From the IMG/VR virus record IMGVR_UViG_3300044840_000008, positions 1 through 51,788 of that record: DNA of 51,788 nucleotides, one strand, 5' to 3'. The DNA comes from a virus. Lineage: Duplodnaviria > Caudoviricetes. Shown in pieces: positions 28,202-35,518 of the stretch (position 1 is the first letter of the stretch; every line of letters starts with the position of its first letter). A model generated the notes under the pieces. It did not search any database. It saw only the letters and a program-made list of their open reading frames with translations, and was not told where the DNA came from. The position numbers and the translations under genes are program-made.

Positions 28202-29211
28202 TAGTTGGTGGGGCCTGGGTCGGCTTAGGTCTCGGAGACAGCAGTCCCGAAATCCGCAAGATCAAAGGATTCATGCGGATCTGGTACCGGTCCTACGCCG
28301 GCACGCTGGCCGACACCGAACTGTACGACCAACAGATGGTGTCGGTCGTCTACATCATGCAGGGCAGGCTCCGCGACAGCGGAAAGCTCCCCGCCAACAA
28401 GGTGAACGGCATCATCGGTGCGTCGACCAAGGTGGCCATGGGCTACCTGGCTGCCACTACCGTCGACATCCGCCCTGTGTTGTTCACCGTGTGCGGTACC
28501 GGGGTGCCGTGGTGGATTGGCCCTGACGCCGACATGGCTCGCGCTGTGGAGAATCAGTACCTCTGGCAGCCCATCGGGTACCCGGCGGCGCCCGTACCGA
28601 TGGGTCCCAGCATCGCAGAGGGCCGGGGCGAGCTAGTGAATCAGTTCACCATCCACCGCGTCCAGGTCGAGCGCAACGGCGCGGTGCTGGCCGGGTACAG
28701 CCAGGGCGCGTGCGTGACCTCTGAGTGCTGGGAGGGTGACATCAAGCCCGTTGGTGGCGCACTGAACTGGGCCAAGCCCTACATCCGCAAGGCGGTCACA
28801 TGGGGCAATCCCGACCGTGAGCAGGGGAAGGTCTGGCCGGACTTCGCCGCGGGCCAGGACGTCGCTCCGGCTAATAGCTCTGGGGTGACCGGCACGCTGA
28901 TGGTCAATACACCGGACTGGTGGCGCAACTATGCCCACAAGGGCGACCTGTACGCCGCCGGCGGAACCGGTTCCCCTGGTGATGCGTCCAGCCAGGACAA
29001 AACGGCAATTTGGCAGATCATCCGCGGCACAAAGGTATTCAGTGGCCCGGACAGTCTGCTGGCCCAGTTCCTGGAGATCGCCCAGTCGCCCATCCCCGGC
29101 GCGATCGGTGCGTTCAAGGCCATGTGGGATGCGGGTGCGTTCTTCGGCGGGGGGCTGACGCAGCACACCAGCTACAACGTCGGTCCTGCGATCGACTACC
29201 TCCGAAGCTAG
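28198..29211 (+). CDS. lysB: Lysin B (cutinase-like mycolylarabinogalactan esterase)
   Basis: GTGA overlap; VGLGLGDSSPEIRKIK N-terminus, GYSQGA nucleophile elbow, WGNP, GDLY, C-terminal His. Confidence 0.93.
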   Translation: MIVGGAWVGLGLGDSSPEIRKIKGFMRIWYRSYAGTLADTELYDQQMVSVVYIMQGRLRDSGKLPANKVNGIIGASTKVAMGYLAATTVDIRPVLFTVCGTGVPWWIGPDADMARAVENQYLWQPIGYPAAPVPMGPSIAEGRGELVNQFTIHRVQVERNGAVLAGYSQGACVTSECWEGDIKPVGGALNWAKPYIRKAVTWGNPDREQGKVWPDFAAGQDVAPANSSGVTGTLMVNTPDWWRNYAHKGDLYAAGGTGSPGDASSQDKTAIWQIIRGTKVFSGPDSLLAQFLEIAQSPIPGAIGAFKAMWDAGAFFGGGLTQHTSYNVGPAIDYLRS

Positions 29212-29213
29212 CA

Positions 29214-29339
29214 ATGGTCACCGATGCGCAGCTGGTCGTGGTGCTCGCCATCGTAGCCGTCTGGTACTTCGCGATCGTCACTACAGCCTTGACTACCGAA
29301 GCCCGCCACCGACGTTCAACCGAAGGGAGGACCCCGTGA
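29214..29339 (+). CDS. Single-TM microprotein
   Basis: LVVVLAIVAVWYFAIV; GTGA overlap with the next gene. Confidence 0.5.
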   Translation: MVTDAQLVVVLAIVAVWYFAIVTTALTTEARHRRSTEGRTP

Positions 29340-29746
29340 CGGGCTTCGACATACCGGAGTCGACAGTACGGGGGGCGTTCCACCGGACGTTGATGTATCA
29401 GATGCTGTGGATGGTCCTCGTCGGCGCCGTGATGTTGGCGATGCCGGATAGCCGATTCACGTCCTCCTCATGGCAGTTCATCGAAATGGCGCCCCACGGA
29501 GATGACCTCGTCGGCGCCGCCTACGTCCTCCTTGGCTGTGTCATGGCGTTCTGCCTGTGGCGGGAGGATCAGCGGGCGTTGAGCTTCGCGGTGGGTTTCG
29601 CCGGAATGTTGAACTGGACGATGGGAGTGTTCCTGCTCGTGGGTGCATTGAACGGCTCAAGCGGCGGTTTGGGTTTCCCCCTCGCCTTATACCCGGGCTG
29701 GCACATGATTTCCACGGCTGCGACTTTGTCCAAGGGCCGTGGCTGA
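29336..29746 (+). CDS. Multi-pass (about 4 TM) membrane protein
   Basis: GGGAGG RBS; four hydrophobic segments. Confidence 0.75.
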   Translation: MTGFDIPESTVRGAFHRTLMYQMLWMVLVGAVMLAMPDSRFTSSSWQFIEMAPHGDDLVGAAYVLLGCVMAFCLWREDQRALSFAVGFAGMLNWTMGVFLLVGALNGSSGGLGFPLALYPGWHMISTAATLSKGRG

Positions 29747-30239
29747 ACAGGTTGCGTGGCTGCGCAGGCGGCTACGGGCCTTCCTCACAGCCATCGACGC
29801 GGAGTCCATCGCCTCATTCCAGGCCATGTACTACACGCTGATCATCACGGCGGGACTGTATTTGGTGTTCGCCGCCACAGCACCGCCGCAGAACGTGGAA
29901 CCCGTCATGGGGCATCCGCAGTATCAGTGGTGGTTGGGGTTGAACATCGTGTGTCCGGCGATGTCGCTGATCGGACGAAGGTTGACGACTAGGGCGGGGA
30001 AAGCGGCTCCGGGGGAGCCGAATCCGGGTTTGGGTGCGGCGTGGATGCAGTTGACCGGGGATGCCGGGGTGTGGTTCGCGATCATCTTGTACGTCTGGTG
30101 TGTCGCAGCCACGTCCTGGTGGGGTCAGGGTTTGTATGGTGCTTTCTTCGTTCTGATGGGCATTCCGGGCGGGGGCATGTTCACGCTGCGCTCCTTCCGT
30201 AGGTTGTTGCAGATCAAGCGGCGTGAGAAGCGGCTGTGA
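29739..30239 (+). CDS. Multi-pass (about 4 TM) membrane protein
   Basis: Four hydrophobic segments, basic C-terminus. Confidence 0.75.
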   Translation: MAEQVAWLRRRLRAFLTAIDAESIASFQAMYYTLIITAGLYLVFAATAPPQNVEPVMGHPQYQWWLGLNIVCPAMSLIGRRLTTRAGKAAPGEPNPGLGAAWMQLTGDAGVWFAIILYVWCVAATSWWGQGLYGAFFVLMGIPGGGMFTLRSFRRLLQIKRREKRL

Positions 30240-30664
30240 TGAACAGCATCGACTCCGCGGTCACCGTCGCCGTCGCCGTCGTCTCCTCCGGTGGTTTGTG
30301 GGGGTTCATGCAGTTCATCGTTGGGCGGCGGTCGGAGGCTGCCCGGCAGATCGCGGAACGTGAACAGCGCGACTCCGACCGCAATACCTTGTTGGCGGAG
30401 GCGCAGCGTACCGCCCAAACCACCGCCTTGGAGAGTGTGGGCAAGGCCAACAAGGTTTTGAAGGAAACCTGCGACGACTGCCTGTCGAAGTTGCACAAGA
30501 TGGAGCGCCGCGACCTTCGTAGGGATCGTATCGAGGACGCCATGTTGGATGCGATGGTCGAAGTGGTTCCGCTACTCCCGGCTGATGGTGAGCAGACGGC
30601 AGCGTTGCGGGCGGCTATCCGCACCGCCAGACAGGCACGTTACGAGCTCGACGACGACAACTAG
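30236..30664 (+). CDS. Protein with N-terminal TM and coiled coil (possible lysis accessory)
   Basis: AVTVAVAVVSSGGLWGFMQFIV then charged helical region with CDDC. Confidence 0.75.
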   Translation: MMNSIDSAVTVAVAVVSSGGLWGFMQFIVGRRSEAARQIAEREQRDSDRNTLLAEAQRTAQTTALESVGKANKVLKETCDDCLSKLHKMERRDLRRDRIEDAMLDAMVEVVPLLPADGEQTAALRAAIRTARQARYELDDDN

Positions 30665-30686
30665 ACCTACTTACCCGACAAGCGAA

Positions 30687-30718
30687 AGCCCCGCCCACTC
30701 TTCGGAGTGGGCGGGGCT
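30687..30718. terminator. Bidirectional intrinsic terminator
   Basis: 14-bp perfect stem AGCCCCGCCCACTC-TTCG-GAGTGGGCGGGGCT with cUUCGg loop between convergent operons. Confidence 0.9.
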
Positions 30719-31016
30719 ATTCGTCGTCTGCGGGTAACTGCCCCACTGCAGGCGCATCGCCGCCGAGATGGCGCGCGTATTCCTCGGCTTCTTCGACGGA
30801 GTTGAACCCGAGCGCGCGCAGCATCTCGCCCCACGTCGGGCGTACCTCGGTCGTCGTGGTCTCAACGCCTTCGGCGCGGAGTTGAGCGTGGAACTCATCT
30901 TCGGACGGTCTTGGCATCAACGCCTCCTTGTGGTCTGCGCAGTCCCCGCAGTGTTCAGCATTATCGCCGTCTGCATCTCCGCAGACTTGGCAGTACCACT
31001 TAGGCCAGTCACTCAT
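30717..31016 (-). CDS. CxxC...CxxC hypothetical protein, paralogue of 47951-48217
   Basis: 66 of 84 residues identical to the + strand copy. Confidence 0.8.
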   Translation of the reverse strand: MSDWPKWYCQVCGDADGDNAEHCGDCADHKEALMPRPSEDEFHAQLRAEGVETTTTEVRPTWGEMLRALGFNSVEEAEEYARHLGGDAPAVGQLPADDE

Positions 31017-31206
31017 TGCTGGTCAGGTGGATCGTGATGCCGGGCAGACTCATCAGCACGCCGGTGAAGTGCTTGGCATGCTCGGCTTCGCTCATGTCCT
31101 CTTCGAGGCTGCAATCGCATCCGATTGGCTTGCCCCAGTAGTCGAAGACCAGGCGATGCTTCTTTACGGCTGCGCCGATCAGAGTCCGCACGTCCGAAAC
31201 GCTCAT
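31009..31206 (-). CDS. Small hypothetical protein (CxC...HxxH)
   Basis: AGGAG RBS; overlaps the next gene. Confidence 0.65.
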   Translation of the reverse strand: MSVSDVRTLIGAAVKKHRLVFDYWGKPIGCDCSLEEDMSEAEHAKHFTGVLMSLPGITIHLTSNE

Positions 31207-31254
31207 GTCATCTCCTATTTATAGGGACTACCGGGAAATCTCTACCTATGTCAG

Positions 31255-31605
31255 TTAGTCAGGCCAGCGGCCTTCGTAGACATCCGTTCGCTCGGGATGC
31301 GGCGTGATGCGGTACAGCACCTCACGATTGACCCCCTTGATGTGGAGAATTGACCGCAACCGGAAGCACGCCAAGTTGCTGTGTTCGTGAGCGTCGAAGC
31401 AAGTCTGTTCGTCGGAGAAGTCCATCCACAGCATCTCATCGGGCTCGTAGATGGCTCGGTCGAGGATCTCAGTCATGATCAGTACGTGCGGGTCCGCGTG
31501 GTCGATGTGCAGCTCATCGACCCACGTTCCTTCGTTGCGCTGCCTACGTATCAGGCATTCGCCCACGGTGTTCATTGTGCTCCTGTCGGCTCGCCGATAG
31601 CCCAT
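31255..31605 (-). CDS. Hypothetical protein (start may be 31576)
   Basis: Tiles the leftward block; AGGAG before ATG31576. Confidence 0.65.
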   Translation of the reverse strand: MGYRRADRSTMNTVGECLIRRQRNEGTWVDELHIDHADPHVLIMTEILDRAIYEPDEMLWMDFSDEQTCFDAHEHSNLACFRLRSILHIKGVNREVLYRITPHPERTDVYEGRWPD

Positions 31606-31611
31606 GTGCGT

Positions 31612-31845
31612 TCAGGCTCCAGTGACCCATCTCGGGTCACCCGACTGATACCAATCCAACTGCTGGTCTGCGCGGGCGCGTAACCCCTCAGCACGCGCCC
31701 GCCGACCATCTCTCTCCTCCTGCAACTCCCGCCAAGCGACAGGTGCAGCCTTCACAACAGCCCAGAAGATGAGTCCGAGCACTACCAGCTTCCAGTAAAC
31801 GGCCACGAAGCCGACGAGAAGCAACAACCCAACGAAGCCCTTCAC
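31612..31845 (-). CDS. Membrane protein
   Basis: GTGA overlap; hydrophobic N-terminus then LRARADQQ..W..GDPR. Confidence 0.6.
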   Translation of the reverse strand: MKGFVGLLLLVGFVAVYWKLVVLGLIFWAVVKAAPVAWRELQEERDGRRARAEGLRARADQQLDWYQSGDPRWVTGA

Positions 31846-32033
31846 AGCGCGAGTATCGCGTTCTGGACTGCGGCCGACACCGTCCCGACGCGGTGCCCGA
31901 AGAGGACATCGCCATCCATGTTGTTGCGGACTCCGCACGAGCACACGCTGTCGCCCTTCAGCGGCTCATGCGCGCTCATCGCACTCTCAATGGCGTCGTC
32001 TATCCGCTCCTGCTGCCCGTCCGTCAGCCTCAT
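31842..32033 (-). CDS. Small hypothetical protein (H...CSCG...H)
   Basis: ATGA coupling. Confidence 0.55.
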   Translation of the reverse strand: MRLTDGQQERIDDAIESAMSAHEPLKGDSVCSCGVRNNMDGDVLFGHRVGTVSAAVQNAILAL

Positions 32034-32197
32034 GGCTGCCCCTGCTTCAGTACCGAGACCAGCGGCTTGTACCCGGCACACCAGCAGTCGTTGCCTGTGT
32101 CGTCTGGGCAGATGTCGCACAAGCAGCGTTCCTGACAGTCGCCTATCGGTCCGTTGTGGTCTGCTTCTCCGTGTCCGCATTTGCAGTCGCCGGTCAC
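32030..32197 (-). CDS. 55-aa Cys-rich microprotein (8 Cys)
   Basis: GAGGGG RBS; CKCGH...H...CQERCLCDIC...CWC. Confidence 0.55.
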   Translation of the reverse strand: MTGDCKCGHGEADHNGPIGDCQERCLCDICPDDTGNDCWCAGYKPLVSVLKQGQP

Positions 32198-32319
32198 GGT
32201 TGGTTCCCCTCTACAGCCACAGCCCGGTCCTTCGATCCTCCGCAGAAGTAGCAGCGGATTCTGCCGTGGTCGTAGCCGCATGTGCACCGTGTGCGCGGTT
32301 CGCTCTGCTCGTCAGCCAT
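32194..32319 (-). CDS. 41-aa Cys-rich microprotein
   Basis: MADEQSEPRTRCTCG...CYFCG...AVAVEGNQP; coupled at both ends. Confidence 0.5.
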   Translation of the reverse strand: MADEQSEPRTRCTCGYDHGRIRCYFCGGSKDRAVAVEGNQP

Positions 32320-32554
32320 TCCCCGGCCCCTCTACAGCCACAACAGCTGGGACGGCCCGGGTGGAGCAGATAAGGCCTACCTGCATCGCACCCTTGCTGT
32401 CGTCGTCGAACACTGGCTGAGACAGCATCTCGTAGTCGGTGTTGGGGCTCAGGTTGTCCAGCACCGCCGTGTTGTCGTCGTCGAACACCAACTCCACCGG
32501 GGTGTCTGGAGAGCCTGCGACTCTAGCCAAGTAGTGCCACGCAACCACTCTCAT
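32312..32554 (-). CDS. Hypothetical protein
   Basis: GGAAGGA RBS within the 32-bp repeat; MRVVAWHYL... Confidence 0.6.
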   Translation of the reverse strand: MRVVAWHYLARVAGSPDTPVELVFDDDNTAVLDNLSPNTDYEMLSQPVFDDDSKGAMQVGLICSTRAVPAVVAVEGPGNG

Positions 32555-32756
32555 GGCTTCAATCCTTCCACCACGTCTACTGCTCTCTGTGCAGCCCGGG
32601 GTTGCCCCAGACCACTTCCACGGGAGTCTCGTCACCGTCCACCGAATCCGTTGCAAGCCGCATAGCTTGTCGCCAAGCGCCTCGCGCCTTCGCCGCCGCC
32701 TGCTCCGTGGTGTCGGCTCCGTCGCTCATGGCTTCGATCCTTCCACCACGTCTACT
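32550..32756. repeat. 32-bp direct repeat (1 mismatch) at 32550-32581 and 32725-32756
   Basis: CTCATGGCTTC[A/G]ATCCTTCCACCACGTCTACT. Confidence 0.9.
32577..32729 (-). CDS. 50-aa hypothetical protein between the two repeat copies
   Basis: Starts at the ATG in copy 2 and stops at a TAG in copy 1. Confidence 0.5.
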   Translation of the reverse strand: MSDGADTTEQAAAKARGAWRQAMRLATDSVDGDETPVEVVWGNPGLHREQ

Positions 32757-32932
32757 CCGTCGACCAGAATTCGTACGGGCCTGCCTCCAGTGCGGATCAT
32801 GATGGTGTCGCAGTAGTCGTTGCCGCCTTCGTTGTACTCCACGTCAATCGGTTCGCCGGAGGAGAAGGGGATTCTCATCATTGGCCAGCCGGTATCGCCG
32901 CGCTCAAGGGTGGCGAAGTCTTCTCTATCCAT
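32726..32932 (-). CDS. Hypothetical protein
   Basis: AGGAG RBS; MDREDFATLE...VVEGSKP. Confidence 0.6.
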   Translation of the reverse strand: MDREDFATLERGDTGWPMMRIPFSSGEPIDVEYNEGGNDYCDTIMIRTGGRPVRILVDGVDVVEGSKP

Positions 32933-32942
32933 AGCTTTGCTC

Positions 32943-33107
32943 CTAGGCCCGATGCCGGGTCTGTAGTTCGCTGATGTTCCACCAGTGGTTATTCGGTTCA
33001 AACCAGACGCGGTAGCGGTTGCCGGTGATGTCAGCGCGGAATGCCGCCTGGTGGTATGCATCGTGCCACCGCTTGAACCAACTGTGCCCGTCTGGCCTGC
33101 CGTCCAT
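32943..33107 (-). CDS. Small Trp-rich hypothetical protein
   Basis: GGAAGG upstream; MDGRPDGHSWFKRW... Confidence 0.45.
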   Translation of the reverse strand: MDGRPDGHSWFKRWHDAYHQAAFRADITGNRYRVWFEPNNHWWNISELQTRHRA

Positions 33108-33141
33108 CGTTAGCTGCCTTCCGTGATAATTCCGCGGGCGG

Positions 33142-33309
33142 TCATCGCGTGGGCGTCCATTGACCTGGGAATGCGTAGCACTCGCCCTCGTATGCCCCGT
33201 CAAGCCTGATCTTGGCGACCAGTTCGCCGCCGACTGCATTGACCTCAATCAACTCGCCAGCCTTACCGGCGTGTGGGTGGTCGTCCTTGAGTAGTGCCCG
33301 TCGCTTCAT
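33142..33309 (-). CDS. Small hypothetical protein
   Basis: AAAGGA RBS; MKRRALLKDDHPHAG... Confidence 0.55.
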   Translation of the reverse strand: MKRRALLKDDHPHAGKAGELIEVNAVGGELVAKIRLDGAYEGECYAFPGQWTPTR

Positions 33310-33485
33310 GTCGTCCTTTGCTGGGTTGGTTTTATAACGCCGCGCTCGGTCATCTTGCAGTCTTCGATCGCTGCTACTGCTCTCTCGGCGGCTTTGAGCT
33401 GAAAGCTCGCGGGTCCGTACCGGGTGTGGCAACGATCCCGATGAACCACAGCCCGAGACAGGAGAGCAGCGAGATCAATCGGCAT
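33306..33485 (-). CDS. 59-aa hypothetical protein, possibly the leaderless first gene of the leftward operon
   Basis: ATGA coupling downstream; TATTGT -10-like hexamer 7 nt before the ATG. Confidence 0.45.
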   Translation of the reverse strand: MPIDLAALLSRAVVHRDRCHTRYGPASFQLKAAERAVAAIEDCKMTERGVIKPTQQRTT

Positions 33486-33505
33486 GGAAGGGACAATACG
33501 CTTCC

Positions 33506-33713
33506 GGCTACAGCGTTGGCTACAGCGACTCGTTAGAAATTGCTCTGACCTGTGCCCCCACCAGGGCTCGAACCTGGGACCTGCGGATTAAAAGTCCGAC
33601 AGATAGGGTAGGCTGAGAGCAGGTAGGATGATTAATCCGCAGGTCAGGCATATTTCAGTCTAGACACGTCGGGACATGGCTAGACACCGCAATGGCTACA
33701 GTGTGGCTACAGT
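33506..33713. other. attP: attP: 46-bp core (33553-33598) matching the 3' half of tRNA-Lys(UUU), with paired integrase arm-type repeats
   Basis: Minus strand CGGA-CTTTTAA-TCCG CAGGTC CCAGG-TTCGAGC-CCTGG TGGGGGCA (anticodon arm, T arm, acceptor strand, no D arm); GGCTACAG tandem pairs at 33506/33518 and 33694/33705; adjacent to the integrase. Confidence 0.92.
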
Positions 33714-33725
33714 AGATTGGACGCC

Positions 33726-34967
33726 ATGAGTCCCCACCGCAAGCCCGGCGACCCGTACAAGCGCAAGGACGGCCTATGGGTCGGCGCCGTCACGCTCCCG
33801 AGCACGGACGGCAAGCGCCGACGAGTGACGGTTTCATCGAAGGACTACAACACCGCCGTCGCCGAGCTCCGCAAGCTCCGCAAGAAAGTCGCCAAGGGCG
33901 AGATCTCCACGACCGGCAATACCACAGTGAAGACGTGGCTCGAGCATTGGCTGGAGAACATCCAACGTCCTCACATCCGCCCGAGCACGTATCGGTACTA
34001 CGAGGGAACCGTCCGCGTTCACCTCATTCCGCATCTAGGTGGGAAGCGACTCAACCGGCTCACCCCGGAGGATGTGCGGCAAATGCACAAGGCCGTCCAG
34101 GTCGCTTCCGATCGCAACGCGCAGAAAGCCCAGCAGGTTCTTCAGAGGGCATTGAAGGACGCCGAAGCCGAGGGGCTGATCGACCGGAACGTGGCCGCGG
34201 TGGTCCGCAAGCCCAAGCACTCCCCGGAGGAGAAGGACGCGCTGTCGATAGAAGTGGCTGCGCATGTCCTCAGGACAGCTGAAGCATCACGTGATGAATT
34301 GGCGTCGCGGTGGGCGGTCGCCTTCTGGACGGGAGCGAGGCAGGCTGAATTGCTGGGCCTGACGTGGGACCACGTGGACTTCGACAAGGCGCAGTTCCTG
34401 ATCGAGTGGCAGCTGCAGGGAATGCCCATGTCTCACGGCTGCGGAGAAGAAGTCGAGGGGAAGTTTCCGTGCGGGAAGGTGCGGCCAGGATTCTGCCCAC
34501 AGACGAAGTTCAACGCTCCGCCCGGGTTCGTCGCCCGCGAGTGCCACAAGAGTCTGTTCTGGACCCCTACGAAGACCAGGAAGGGCAAGCGCAAGGTTCC
34601 CATCTTACTGCCCCTGGTCGACGTGCTACGGGAGCACAAGGCCAATGATGGCTACAACCCCCACAATCTCGTCTGGCACCACCCCGACGGTCGGCCCTGG
34701 TCGCAAACCGTAGACGCCAAGGCCTGGAAGGACCTGCTGATCCGGGCGAAGGTCGGCCACGTCGGGGTGCACAACATCCGCCACACCACCGCCACTCTTC
34801 TCCAGGCCGGCGGTGGCGACGAGATGAACAGGATGGCCCTGATGGGGCACTCCTCAGCGGCTTCGCAGCGCGGCTACATCCACGTGGAGGATTCCGGGGT
34901 GCGCAAGATGCTCGAGGTACTCAACGCGCTGACGCCCAGCCCTCCACCTGTTCACGAAGTGAACTAG
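33726..34967 (+). CDS. int: Tyrosine integrase
   Basis: N-terminal arm-binding YKRKDGLW; GARQAE (R), HNIRH, MGH, RGY catalytic motifs; TAGATT 7 nt before ATG33726 suggests a leaderless start. Confidence 0.96.
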   Translation: MSPHRKPGDPYKRKDGLWVGAVTLPSTDGKRRRVTVSSKDYNTAVAELRKLRKKVAKGEISTTGNTTVKTWLEHWLENIQRPHIRPSTYRYYEGTVRVHLIPHLGGKRLNRLTPEDVRQMHKAVQVASDRNAQKAQQVLQRALKDAEAEGLIDRNVAAVVRKPKHSPEEKDALSIEVAAHVLRTAEASRDELASRWAVAFWTGARQAELLGLTWDHVDFDKAQFLIEWQLQGMPMSHGCGEEVEGKFPCGKVRPGFCPQTKFNAPPGFVARECHKSLFWTPTKTRKGKRKVPILLPLVDVLREHKANDGYNPHNLVWHHPDGRPWSQTVDAKAWKDLLIRAKVGHVGVHNIRHTTATLLQAGGGDEMNRMALMGHSSAASQRGYIHVEDSGVRKMLEVLNALTPSPPPVHEVN

Positions 34968-35009
34968 ACAGCGACTGTCACATTCCGAACTGAACGGAAC
35001 TTGCTGTGT

Positions 35010-35039
35010 GTGCTGTTACCGGCCAGTAACGGCACTTAT
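35010..35039 (+). terminator. Putative terminator after the integrase
   Basis: GTGCTGTTAC-cggcca-GTAACGGCAC followed by TTAT. Confidence 0.5.
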
Positions 35040-35302
35040 GCCTGTAGGTGGCGGGATGGTAGCCGGGGGGTGAATTAACCGGTGGCACAACACGTTCAGC
35101 AAATCATCACATGCGTCAATGTTGATTTGTCGAAACCCTTGCCGACCAGGTAATGCGGTGTCAACAATGGGTGACGGTGCCGTGGTGGGCAGTATTCCAT
35201 CACTTCGGTCGGGCTGGGGCGTTGGACAGAACACTGCCAGTGGTTGTACGGGTCACCCGAAGGTGGCGAATAAGCTAACTACCCAGCCAGGAAGTTGCCC
35301 CC

Positions 35303-35518
35303 ATGCACGACGAGCGCGTTTCAGATCACGACGATGCACTCAAAGATCATCTGTCGGACATCCACCGCAGGTCCCGCAACATACTTGATGTCTGTCCTGC
35401 GAAGAGTTGGGATCTAGGTGAGGCCGGGATCGTCCTCGCCGCTCTCGAAACCATCGTCCGAGGTCGTCAGAGGATGGGTGATGTCATCGACATGCCGCGT
35501 GGCAAGGCGATGCGCTAA
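35303..35518 (+). CDS. Possible 71-aa protein overlapping the repressor 3' end in antisense
   Basis: AGGAAG upstream; plausible helical sequence; 105-nt convergent overlap. Confidence 0.4.
   Translation: MHDERVSDHDDALKDHLSDIHRRSRNILDVCPAKSWDLGEAGIVLAALETIVRGRQRMGDVIDMPRGKAMR

Noticed and set aside
32550-32756. Mini CRISPR array
   Set aside because: Only two copies, a 143-bp coding spacer, no palindromic repeat structure and no cas genes
33553-33598. Functional tRNA-Lys gene
   Set aside because: Only anticodon arm, T arm and 3' acceptor strand are present; no D arm or 5' acceptor strand, so it is the attP core
35130-35145. Mycobacterial LexA (SOS) box
   Set aside because: TCGAAACCCTTGCCGA deviates at several positions from TCGAAC-N4-GTTCGA
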